Positions 27,053-35,598 of a stretch of 64,000 nt of DNA are shown in pieces. The notes below the pieces were generated by a model that worked only from the letters and a program-made list of their open reading frames with translations, was not told the DNA's origin and made no database searches. Source of the stretch: Patescibacteria group bacterium. Its GTDB lineage: Bacteria; Patescibacteriota; Minisyncoccia; Phycocordibacterales; EsbW-18. The DNA lies in contig JBBTUJ010000002.1 of assembly GCA_038063815.1 (NCBI GenBank), positions 70,511 through 134,510 on the forward strand, given 5' to 3'. The position numbers and the translations under genes were made by a program. Positions within the stretch are counted from its first letter, which is position 1. Each line of letters starts with the position of its first letter.

Positions 27053-28141
27053 CTACACCCCTTCTTCTTTGAGTTTTTCGATGAGGTCTTTTGCTTGTCT
27101 TGAAAGTCGTTTTGGCATGTCAACCTCAACGATGACACGGAGCGCTCCTCTTCTGCCGTCGCGACCGGGGACACCCTTTCCGCGAATTGATATCTCGTGT
27201 CCGTGCGAGATACCGGGTTCGATGGGAACGCTCACTGGTCCGTCGAGTGATTCGATCGTGTACGTTCCTCCAAGAAGCGCGTCAGAGAGTTTGATGTGAA
27301 GAAGTGTCACGAGGTCATTCCCATCTTTTTGTATCGAAGAGTGCGCTTTGACGTGGACCTTTACGTAGAGGTCTCCCGCCGTACCGTTTTGTATTGCCTC
27401 TCCAGCTCCTGTGAGACGAATCATCTCACCGTCTTCCATTCCCGGAGGAATGATAATGCGTGCCTCTCCTTCTTTGCGCGAAATCCCCGCACCCCCACAC
27501 TCACTGCATGGTTTTGAGGGGAGTGTTCCTTTTCCGTGACACGCCCCACACGTGGTTACTGTCGCGAATGTACCCAACATCGATGTTCGTGTCTCACGGA
27601 TCTTTCCTTTTCCGTTACACGTCTTGCATGTCTCTTGTGTCGAGCCGGGCTCACCTCCACTTCCTTTGCATTTCTCACAGACAGCCGCTTTTCGTACGAG
27701 AACATTTCGCGTTGTGCCAAAAATCGCTTCTTTGAAATCAATCTCAACGTCAATCGAGATATCACGGCCGCGTCGCGAACGCGCGCGACCTCCGCCACCA
27801 AACATCTCGCCGAAGATGTCCCCCAAGTCGAATTCAAATGCTCCGCCGTTCTGTGCGCCGGAGAATTGTGAGAAGTCGAAGTTAAACCCTTCAAATCCCG
27901 AGAATCCTTGTGGTCCTCCACCTCCTCCCCCTGCGAATGTTTTGCCGTATGTATCGTATTGCGCGCGTTTTGCATCATCCGAAAGGACGCCGTATGCCTC
28001 GTTTATCTCCTTGAATTTCGCCTCATCCCCTCCTTTTTTGTCAGGGTGATACTTATGCGCCAGTGTCCGGAACGCCTTCTTGATGTCGTCTTTTGTTGCG
28101 CCCTTGTTAACGCCGAGTGTTGAGTAGTAATCCTTCGCCAT
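27053..28141 (-). CDS. dnaJ: chaperone DnaJ
   Basis: 362 aa. J-domain with HPD, a G/F-rich region and four CxxCxGxG zinc-finger repeats. Confidence 0.9.
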   Translation of the reverse strand: MAKDYYSTLGVNKGATKDDIKKAFRTLAHKYHPDKKGGDEAKFKEINEAYGVLSDDAKRAQYDTYGKTFAGGGGGGPQGFSGFEGFNFDFSQFSGAQNGGAFEFDLGDIFGEMFGGGGRARSRRGRDISIDVEIDFKEAIFGTTRNVLVRKAAVCEKCKGSGGEPGSTQETCKTCNGKGKIRETRTSMLGTFATVTTCGACHGKGTLPSKPCSECGGAGISRKEGEARIIIPPGMEDGEMIRLTGAGEAIQNGTAGDLYVKVHVKAHSSIQKDGNDLVTLLHIKLSDALLGGTYTIESLDGPVSVPIEPGISHGHEISIRGKGVPGRDGRRGALRVIVEVDMPKRLSRQAKDLIEKLKEEGV

Positions 28142-28207
28142 ATTTGACTTTTGTCACTTATTATACTATTGTCCCGACAGACGCACAACCACTCAAGGAG
28201 AAAAGCC

Positions 28208-28813
28208 GTGAGCAATCTCGAAAGAGTACATGTCGCCATGTCGAGCCAAATGAGGGGTGATGACAATGAAATCACTTTCCGCGGCTTGAGCGACGAGGAA
28301 GTCGAGCGATTGCAAGGGATGTTGCAAGGACAGTGGTGGGTTTCCGGCAATCACGCCAACGGGCGTCTCCGGTTCAGCGGTGGATGGTTGCCTGCCCCCG
28401 ATCCGGTCACGGATGAGGCGATGGAACCTTTCTGGCGTCGATACGAGCCCCAACATCCGCCAACGCCCCACCAGCAGGTCATGCTGACCTCCAAGACCAG
28501 CTGGAAGCACTCCTCGCCCCACTTCTCCATCCAGAATCTCTGCGGGTACAACTACAGCCGCGAGAACTACGCCCGCAACGCGTGCCTACTGGAGACCTAC
28601 GGTTTCGTGTGTCTCCGGTCCCGCCGCGAGGAGGATGGGAAGTACTGGGAAATCTGGTTTCTTTCCGGTCTCTGGGCGGCGCGGGGTGAACTCCAGAAGA
28701 ACCTGCGGGAGCGCGACGACGTGGAGGGAGCGATCTCTTTCCTCTGCCGGACCGTCCAGTTCGGTACGCTCGATGTGGCAGTGCAACGTGCTGCCATGCC
28801 GTCTCCCGACTAG
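28208..28813 (+). CDS. GC-rich hypothetical protein (about 201 aa from GTG 28208; ATG alternative at 28229)
   Basis: SD AAGGAG lies 6 nt upstream of GTG. Longest frame in a high-GC block. Trp-rich, no TM, no recognisable family. Followed by a GC-clamp terminator. Confidence 0.5.
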   Translation: MSNLERVHVAMSSQMRGDDNEITFRGLSDEEVERLQGMLQGQWWVSGNHANGRLRFSGGWLPAPDPVTDEAMEPFWRRYEPQHPPTPHQQVMLTSKTSWKHSSPHFSIQNLCGYNYSRENYARNACLLETYGFVCLRSRREEDGKYWEIWFLSGLWAARGELQKNLRERDDVEGAISFLCRTVQFGTLDVAVQRAAMPSPD

Positions 28814-28831
28814 GGTTTTCTTCAAGGCCGT

Positions 28832-28866
28832 GGGGCCCGCGTTCGCGCGGGCTCCGTTTTTTATAT
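28832..28866 (+). terminator. rho-independent terminator
   Basis: GCCCGCG-ttcg-CGCGGGC hairpin, then TCCGTTTTTT. Confidence 0.6.
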
Positions 28867-28920
28867 CAATTTTTTCAGCAGGTTTTCAACTTTTAGCCAC
28901 ATTTTATTACCTATGAAGTA

Positions 28921-28941
28921 TTCTGGGCTTCTGCAGAAACT
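28921..28941. repeat. 21-bp direct repeat TTCTGGGCTTCTGCAGAAACT (copy 1), containing the palindrome TTCTGCAGAA
   Basis: Identical 21-mer recurs at 29246-29266. Palindromic cores also occur at 29203-29212 (TTCTGCAGAA) and, as a half-site, at 31114-31126. Confidence 0.7.
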
Positions 28942-28952
28942 CAGAATAGTTT

Positions 28953-29222
28953 ATGAAGAATACAAAAGAACTCGAAAAAATATTTAAGGCGTGTGCCAAT
29001 TATCATCGCATCGATATTTTGCTCTTACTTGAACGGCGGCCAGATATATCCGTATTTGATATTGCTGACGAAGTGAAAGGAGATTTCAGAACAGTATCAG
29101 AACATCTACGCAAACTGACACTTGGTGGTCTGATTGTTAAACGTAGAAAAGGGCTTGCGGTCGGGCATTCGATCACTGAGCGCGGTGAAAGGGTTCTTGG
29201 TTTCTGCAGAACCTTAGAGTAG
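28953..29222 (+). CDS. winged-helix (ArsR/HTH-like) transcriptional regulator
   Basis: 89 aa. YHRIDILLLLERRPDISVFDIADEV...VSEHLRKLTLGGLIVKRRKG is an HTH-plus-wing pattern. Flanked by palindromic repeats. Confidence 0.6.
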   Translation: MKNTKELEKIFKACANYHRIDILLLLERRPDISVFDIADEVKGDFRTVSEHLRKLTLGGLIVKRRKGLAVGHSITERGERVLGFCRTLE

Positions 29223-29245
29223 TTAATTTGATGAGGGTTGAGGTT

Positions 29246-29266
29246 TCTGGGCTTCTGCAGAAACTT
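29246..29266. repeat. 21-bp direct repeat TTCTGGGCTTCTGCAGAAACT (copy 2)
   Basis: Exact copy of 28921-28941, downstream of the HTH gene. Confidence 0.7.
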
Positions 29267-29360
29267 GGAATAGAGCGGAGGGTTGTTGAAATAGAAAAAG
29301 TTGTTGGAAGGAGGTTTGTTGGAGTAGAAAATTAGTAGTTGAGGTTGGAGGTCGGGTGAG

Positions 29361-29389
29361 TTGACATGTGTGTTTTACAAAGGTATAAT
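29361..29389 (+). promoter_or_regulatory. consensus sigma70 promoter (TTGACA-17-TATAAT)
   Basis: TTGACA at 29361-29366, exact 17-bp spacer, TATAAT at 29384-29389. Preceded by a GTTGTTGGA-type repeat tract and followed by SD GAGGAGG. Confidence 0.55.
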
Positions 29390-29457
29390 GCAAGAGGATA
29401 CAGAAGCGTCAGAAAACGGGATTCCACCCGCTCAAAACCATCCGAGGAGGAAAGCTT

Positions 29458-30066
29458 ATGGATGTCCAGAAAGCCGAGCAGATGCTCTGGCAGAGGGCTG
29501 ACGAGCTTTCTGCCGAACGAGATGCGCTCTCCAAGAAGAGCGACGAGCTCTTCCAGATCTGCGGACGAGTCCGCAAGGGAGAGCTCAAGGGTGCCGACCT
29601 TGTGAAGTTGGAGGGGCGTTACTGGGAAATCCAGCGACGTCTCGAGGCGATTACTGCCGAAGAGGCAGAGATTGTCCTCGATCTCGAGATGATTTCGCGA
29701 GGTGTGATTCCGGAGAAGTTCGCGGAGTCAGCCCAGTCCGCCCTCTCGAAGCGCCGTCAGGCGATTGCCTCCGAGGAGGCGCGAATGTTGCCTCGCGAGG
29801 ACGAGGACCAGTTCTGGGAGGCGTATGTTCCCGGATACCAAGGGAAGCGTCCCAAGAGCGCTCGTCATCAAGCGGCATCCAATGGGCGCTTTCTCACAAC
29901 GGGTCGTCACGCGACCCATGTGACGGGGCAACTTTTGCCAGAGATCGCCCCCGATGCTTTCTTCGAGGCGACGGCTGACACTCACGGTGGTAAGGTCCGA
30001 GGCGGTTCAAAACCCGTCAATGGGACCTACATCTCCAAGGGAGGGAAAGCAATTCGGAAGTTCTAA
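29458..30066 (+). CDS. GC-rich hypothetical protein with N-terminal coiled-coil (202 aa)
   Basis: Perfect promoter and an SD with AAGCTT directly before the ATG. Tandem GC hairpins and a T8 terminator follow. No family recognised. Confidence 0.55.
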   Translation: MDVQKAEQMLWQRADELSAERDALSKKSDELFQICGRVRKGELKGADLVKLEGRYWEIQRRLEAITAEEAEIVLDLEMISRGVIPEKFAESAQSALSKRRQAIASEEARMLPREDEDQFWEAYVPGYQGKRPKSARHQAASNGRFLTTGRHATHVTGQLLPEIAPDAFFEATADTHGGKVRGGSKPVNGTYISKGGKAIRKF

Positions 30067-30070
30067 ACAC

Positions 30071-30121
30071 GCCGCGCAACGCGCGGGCCCGCCCAGACCA
30101 TGGGGCGGGTTCGTTTTTTTT
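30071..30121 (+). terminator. rho-independent terminator (tandem GC hairpins plus T-run)
   Basis: GCCGCGC-aac-GCGCGGG and CCCGCCC-agaccat-GGGGCGGG, followed by TTCGTTTTTTTT. Confidence 0.65.
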
Positions 30122-30141
30122 ATATAGTTTTTAAGAGAAAG

Positions 30142-31002
30142 TTACGTTTTAACTCTCATCACGAAAACCTGGGCGTTCTCAAGCAACAGTCTCACTTTGT
30201 GATCATCAATGTTTAATTTTTTTGGAGATACCAAGTTATTTCTTTCTTCCATAAAACTGTGACGCTCGATGCTAAATCCTAGATCACTAAAAAAACGAAC
30301 GGCATGCTCTTCGTTGTCAAAAAGATTGTTATCTATGTTTATTCCTGTTATCTCGTTTATCTTATCTCGTAAACCGTGTGCCACAACCTCACTGTCCTGC
30401 ACCATTCTTTTTTTTGAGATATCCGGAGTGATCCAGACACCGCCGAACTTTTCGAGAATCTTATGAATGTTTTTTGCAACCACAGCCTTTTGTTCGAAAG
30501 AGAGATATCTCAATAAGCCCTCATGTATAACAGCAATAGGCTTTTTTTCATCAAAATGCTTGCACGCCAAGAGGAGTTCTTCGTAGACTAAAGCATCTGC
30601 TGGTTCAAAGTATATATTTGCAGGGAGTTCTTTTTTGAATTTCGATAGTATTTGTTTCTTCTCTTCGATTAATTTTGAAAAGTCCGTTTCCACATATGTT
30701 ACCCGGGAATCCTCTGAAAGTTCCAAACCCCGCGGAGAAAGTCCAGCGGCAATCTCGAGAATCTGCGTTATGCCACTTTCCTTCAGAAGACGGTTGGCTA
30801 GTTTGTACCTTGCCTCAAATTGGGGGCTCAGCCGAGTATCCTTTACCACTTCTGGAATCGTTTCGCCTGCCTCAATACGAATTTTTTCCATCTCGTCAAA
30901 TATTTCCTTAGAGAAAGGAATATCAGAGAATGTTCGGCAGTGTGCCACAAGCCACGCTGTCGGTATTACTTTTTCGTTCCCCACTTTCGAATGCTTTTTC
31001 AT
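30142..31002 (-). CDS. class I SAM-dependent methyltransferase, LCM/TcmP-like O-methyltransferase family
   Basis: 286 aa. QILEIAAGLSPRGLEL and YVETDF resemble the LCM family GAGLDTR and E-D-P motifs. Lies 36 bp downstream of res on the same strand. Confidence 0.5.
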   Translation of the reverse strand: MKKHSKVGNEKVIPTAWLVAHCRTFSDIPFSKEIFDEMEKIRIEAGETIPEVVKDTRLSPQFEARYKLANRLLKESGITQILEIAAGLSPRGLELSEDSRVTYVETDFSKLIEEKKQILSKFKKELPANIYFEPADALVYEELLLACKHFDEKKPIAVIHEGLLRYLSFEQKAVVAKNIHKILEKFGGVWITPDISKKRMVQDSEVVAHGLRDKINEITGINIDNNLFDNEEHAVRFFSDLGFSIERHSFMEERNNLVSPKKLNIDDHKVRLLLENAQVFVMRVKT

Positions 31003-31038
31003 TTTTTAAAAGGGCCTGACCCTATCTTTTCTAATATT

Positions 31039-33570
31039 CTATTTTTCAAGAAGGTCTTCGAGAGAGCTTCTGAAATGCTTTTGAAATAACCTACCATCGA
31101 GAAGATATTCGCAAAATTCAGAATAGTTTGAGGGACTTAAGAAATGAAAGAAGTAGTTCTGATTAACTTTTGCTTTCTTTAATTCCTCATTTAGGGTTTT
31201 AAAATGTTCCTTTGCCCAACGGTATTTGGCCTTATTTTCATCTGACTCATCACCGTCCATTTTGATTTCCACAACAACAATATTGTTGGCAAGCTTTAGA
31301 AAAAAATCCGGATTAAAGTTAGCCTGCGTCTGATGCTCACCTTTGCGCCACGAATACTCAATGCTATAAAAATTTTGATCCCTTGACTTTATCCAAGCGT
31401 CAATCTTTTCACTAACTTTTGAACTAACAATAGCTTGAACAAACTTTCTTTCGGGCTCATGTTTAGTAAAAACAATATTTATAGGTGTTTTAAAACAATA
31501 GTAGTTTATTTCCTTACTAGCCCTTTTAGGTAAACTTTCATCGTTAATAATGTCCGAAAGAAGATCATATTGTTCTTTTGAACACTCACTTTCATACTCA
31601 TCAGAATAAAAAACAGTTGCGTCATGTCTAAGGGCGCCAATAGCAATACTTTCCTGTTCTAAATTTCTCGTACTTATTTTTTTTGGCTTTTCGACTTTTC
31701 TTTTAAAAATAATTGTAGATGCTCGAGTTCTAAAAAGTGTTTGAAAGGTTCCAAAAATCTTTTTTGTATTAATTTCAGTTAAAACACCACTTTTAATGCC
31801 AACTACCTGCATAGATTTTTTCACATGCTCTCGGATCTCATTTTCGGGTGGTAAATCTTCTTTCGTATAAATTCCCTTCGGGAAACGTATTTTTGCTTCA
31901 AAGTCTCGCGTTTTGAAAGTATCGATAATTTTTGTAACAACTTCATCTATTGTATAAGTTTCTTTTTGGACAGTTGTTGTTTTACGTATTATTCCACCTT
32001 TTAAATCTTCGTACTCAGTTTCTTTTTCATCATGTTCAACCTGGCTTACCAATTTTGTGTATCCTTTCGAATAATCAAATTCCTCAGTATCTTTTTTTGC
32101 TTCCACCTCTTTTTCTTCTTTTGTAAAATCTATGTTATAAATGTCAAAATGATAATTTTCGCGACCGCCAAATATCAACGGAGCACTTACTAGACGAACC
32201 TCTACTTCTAAAATTTCATCAATAAGACCACGGATATTTCGACTCCATGCGTCATGATTAAAAACACGAACCTTTGGCTGTGGTGATTTATACGCTTCAG
32301 GCACACGCAATCCGCGACCAAGCACTTGAGCTATGAGAAGTTTTGAATTGAACGCCCGGTCTTCCCATGGCACAATTTGAAAAACATTTTTTACATCCCA
32401 GCCCTCGGTTAGCATAGAAACTGAAATAATCCATTCAACTGGGTTATTTTTTTCGTCTACACTTTTTAACTGCAAAATGTTTTTCTTGTGATCTTTGTGG
32501 GAAGTAACAATCAAAACTTTTTTCTCAACGGCGATGCGTGAGATTTTTTCGCGTTTTTGCAAAAAATCAACCAAATCTTCTCGAAGCGTTTTTGCTCTTG
32601 AAATATCTTTTGTAACAAGCATTGTAAGTGGTTTAATGAGTCCATACTTTTTTACAAATTCGTCATGGTTATCATAAATCTTTTGAAATTTCTCATTTGT
32701 ATCAATGCTTTCGTCTTTTGCCACATAATCAACAGATTTTACTACATGTTCATCAACCGCCTGTCGGATTGAGTAACGATAAATGACGTCATTAAAATAC
32801 TCATCGTCAATGTACGCTGTTCCGGTAAAGCCGAGAATATATTTGAATCCGTAATCAGAATTAAGTAAAAACGCTTTCCATTTTTTTATATCCGTATCCA
32901 GTGAAGCGTTGTAGGCATGATGGACTTCATCGTTCAAAACCAAGACACGCGCCCCGCTGCCTTTCAAGCTATCTTGTATTGATGATCCAGTACGTTCGTA
33001 AACGGCATGGATATTTTCCACCGCAATGTCACCATTTTTTATAGTGCTATTTGCGTCAATAATGCGAGGATTTTTATACACCGCATCGTTGGGTAGGGTG
33101 GTTTTAATTCGATCATCGCCAGAAAGATTTTGAAACTTCTCTTTTAATCCTGCCTCAATAGTGAGCGATGGGCAAAGTACAAGAACCCTATCAACCAATC
33201 CAAGTCCTAAAGCAATTTGCGCAATTCCGTACATTACATAACTTTTTCCTGTTCCTGTTGCCAAATCAATAACACCAGATAATTTGTGAGGTAGCTGTAA
33301 GTTCTTTTCGTATTCGCGCGTATCTTTGTATCGATCTCGTAATTCAACATTCGTTCGCCAATTTTCGCTGATCAAATCTTCAATTGAATCGTATTCGCCA
33401 GAAGCAATGTAGGTTATTGCCGTGCGGATCGCGTCTTTTTGGTACTCTCTATCTGGACAAAGCACATCAATGAAATCTATCCATTGCTTGAGTTTCAACT
33501 TCGTGGGATCAAATTTTTCTTTAACCTCTAGAACCAAATCTTGTGTTTTATAAATCTTGATGTCTGTCAT
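31039..33570 (-). CDS. res: Type III restriction enzyme, Res subunit (SF2 helicase-nuclease)
   Basis: 843 aa. Walker A LATGTGKSYVM and a DEAH-type box VLNDEVHHA. Directly downstream of mod with an ATGA start/stop overlap. Confidence 0.85.
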   Translation of the reverse strand: MTDIKIYKTQDLVLEVKEKFDPTKLKLKQWIDFIDVLCPDREYQKDAIRTAITYIASGEYDSIEDLISENWRTNVELRDRYKDTREYEKNLQLPHKLSGVIDLATGTGKSYVMYGIAQIALGLGLVDRVLVLCPSLTIEAGLKEKFQNLSGDDRIKTTLPNDAVYKNPRIIDANSTIKNGDIAVENIHAVYERTGSSIQDSLKGSGARVLVLNDEVHHAYNASLDTDIKKWKAFLLNSDYGFKYILGFTGTAYIDDEYFNDVIYRYSIRQAVDEHVVKSVDYVAKDESIDTNEKFQKIYDNHDEFVKKYGLIKPLTMLVTKDISRAKTLREDLVDFLQKREKISRIAVEKKVLIVTSHKDHKKNILQLKSVDEKNNPVEWIISVSMLTEGWDVKNVFQIVPWEDRAFNSKLLIAQVLGRGLRVPEAYKSPQPKVRVFNHDAWSRNIRGLIDEILEVEVRLVSAPLIFGGRENYHFDIYNIDFTKEEKEVEAKKDTEEFDYSKGYTKLVSQVEHDEKETEYEDLKGGIIRKTTTVQKETYTIDEVVTKIIDTFKTRDFEAKIRFPKGIYTKEDLPPENEIREHVKKSMQVVGIKSGVLTEINTKKIFGTFQTLFRTRASTIIFKRKVEKPKKISTRNLEQESIAIGALRHDATVFYSDEYESECSKEQYDLLSDIINDESLPKRASKEINYYCFKTPINIVFTKHEPERKFVQAIVSSKVSEKIDAWIKSRDQNFYSIEYSWRKGEHQTQANFNPDFFLKLANNIVVVEIKMDGDESDENKAKYRWAKEHFKTLNEELKKAKVNQNYFFHFLSPSNYSEFCEYLLDGRLFQKHFRSSLEDLLEK

Positions 33571-33572
33571 AA

Positions 33573-35537
33573 CTACTTCAAATTAAATATTTCTCGGAAT
33601 TCGTTACCGTAAACATCAACATAAATTGTCATCATATACTTTCCACATTTTTTGCTCTCAAAATCTAAAGTGATTTCTTTGCAGTTCTCAAGTTCTTTTT
33701 GAATCTGTTTCTCATTGCCTTCCTCATTATCTTTTTTACCTATCAAATCTTGTGCAAAGAAGTATTCACTCATCAAAAATTGATCCCTGTTATATTTCAA
33801 ATCAACAAGTACCATCGCCAAGCTCTCAAAGTTTTTTAACTTCTCTCCGGTCTCGTCTTGAGCGTAAGCAGATTCAAATTTCTTAATTTTGAGCACAATC
33901 TTGTTTTTTGTCAGTTTTACTTCCGATTTTACTTCCGGTTGACGCACAAAGTGAAAGCCAATAGCATCATCAAGATCATTAACCTGACCCTTACTTTGAG
34001 GTTGACGTAGTTTTTTAAACTGCACCTTATGTAACTCTTTAATAATTTGATAAGGCACTTTCAAAAAGTAATAGCGCGTGCCGTCAATTTCATGATAGTC
34101 ACTAATAAAATTAACATTGTTTGCCGGGGCAATAATATACATACGCCCATTGATTTTTGCGCCAAGATTTTTGTGTAATTCGTTTAGATATTTTTCATCA
34201 ACGCTTGCTTCTTGTACTTCCCAATACGGAAAAAGTTTTACATAAAATTCTCGACGTTTTCCGTCTAGCGATACGCCACCGATGGACTTTACTTTAGTTT
34301 CCGCTACTTCAAAAAGTCGCTTCACAAACTCTATATACTCATCTTTTTTAAGAGAAAAAACTTTTTCTAAATCATAAAGACCAGAAGTAACAATTCCAAA
34401 AGATTTAGCAACTTTTGCATAATCTTTTTTTGGATTGTCCAAGCTCTTACTCTCTTGGATTTCCAAAAGTCGTTTCTGTATTGTGTAAATTGCTAATTTG
34501 CCGATATCACACCCAATCCATCGACGGCCAAGCTTTTCGGCAACAGCAAGGGTTGTTCCACTTCCAGCAAAAACATCCATAACGATATCATCTGGACTGG
34601 AAGCTGTTAAAATAACCCGACGCAATAACTCCTCTGGTTTCTGGGTCGGATATCCAATGTATTCTCGGCTTGCTGATTTCGTCGTAGAGCTTTGACCAAT
34701 TTCCCAAACATCATCAGCTTTTTTCTCTGTAAAATCCTCGTAAATTAACTTCCCTCCCTTATCTCGTGCAGATATCAATTTCCCCAATTCCTTAGACCAA
34801 ATCCGTTTATCACGCCGAACAGTCTTATTGAGCGGGATCATCACCTTGTTTGCCGTGTAAATATCAGATTTTGAGTACCAAAAAATATTGTTGTGGTTTA
34901 CTGCGAAACCATCTACGTTTCCCTGAAAGTTGTCAGAGTAGTGCCAGATAATTTCATTTACAAAGTTATTTTCACCAAACACCTCATCCATAACAACTTT
35001 TAGATATTGTGCCTTCTTCCAATCAAGGTGAACAAAAATACTTCCATCATCCGCTAAAATTTCGCGCATCAATACCAAACGGCGGCGCAAAAATTCAACA
35101 AATTCTGCACCTTTGGCTTTGTCAGAGTACGCTTTTTGTCCCTTGTTGCCGGAAAAGTCCTGTGCTGTGGCAAAGGGTGGGTCAATATAAATTAGTTTTA
35201 CTTTACCCTTAACCTTTCCTTTGATGAGGGGGTCTTCATCTTTATAAAAAGTTTTGAGGATTTGAAGATTATCACCGAACACTAAAAGATTATGCCAATT
35301 TTTTGCAGCAAGAGGGTATTTTGTGCCGTTAAAAATTTTCTCAGTTTGAAGCGGGACAGCTTTTGCTTCCTCGTTGTCTGCCAAAATATCCTCTTTGCGT
35401 GCTTTTCCAGAATAAACAAGCTCGTACTCTTTTTGTTTGGTCGGAAAAATTGCGTACTTATATTCAGCGGGAATTTCTTTACCCGTCTTTAAGCACTCAA
35501 TTAGAAATTCTATGTCGTATTTGTTTAAATCGCTCAT
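33573..35537 (-). CDS. mod: Type III R-M N6-adenine DNA methyltransferase, Mod subunit
   Basis: 654 aa. LIYIDPPFATAQDF (motif IV DPPF) and VMDVFAGSGTTLAVA (motif I). Confidence 0.85.
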   Translation of the reverse strand: MSDLNKYDIEFLIECLKTGKEIPAEYKYAIFPTKQKEYELVYSGKARKEDILADNEEAKAVPLQTEKIFNGTKYPLAAKNWHNLLVFGDNLQILKTFYKDEDPLIKGKVKGKVKLIYIDPPFATAQDFSGNKGQKAYSDKAKGAEFVEFLRRRLVLMREILADDGSIFVHLDWKKAQYLKVVMDEVFGENNFVNEIIWHYSDNFQGNVDGFAVNHNNIFWYSKSDIYTANKVMIPLNKTVRRDKRIWSKELGKLISARDKGGKLIYEDFTEKKADDVWEIGQSSTTKSASREYIGYPTQKPEELLRRVILTASSPDDIVMDVFAGSGTTLAVAEKLGRRWIGCDIGKLAIYTIQKRLLEIQESKSLDNPKKDYAKVAKSFGIVTSGLYDLEKVFSLKKDEYIEFVKRLFEVAETKVKSIGGVSLDGKRREFYVKLFPYWEVQEASVDEKYLNELHKNLGAKINGRMYIIAPANNVNFISDYHEIDGTRYYFLKVPYQIIKELHKVQFKKLRQPQSKGQVNDLDDAIGFHFVRQPEVKSEVKLTKNKIVLKIKKFESAYAQDETGEKLKNFESLAMVLVDLKYNRDQFLMSEYFFAQDLIGKKDNEEGNEKQIQKELENCKEITLDFESKKCGKYMMTIYVDVYGNEFREIFNLK

Positions 35538-35598
35538 GATCTTCTTTAACTTTTGACTACATCATATACCAAAAACCCGGCTTTTCGCCGGGTTCTGA

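Noticed and set aside
28193-28825. Minus-strand ORFs (109, 66, 79, 66 aa) inside the GC-rich geneA
   Set aside because: High-GC DNA generates long chance ORFs in all frames. The plus-strand frame is the longest and has an SD and a terminator.
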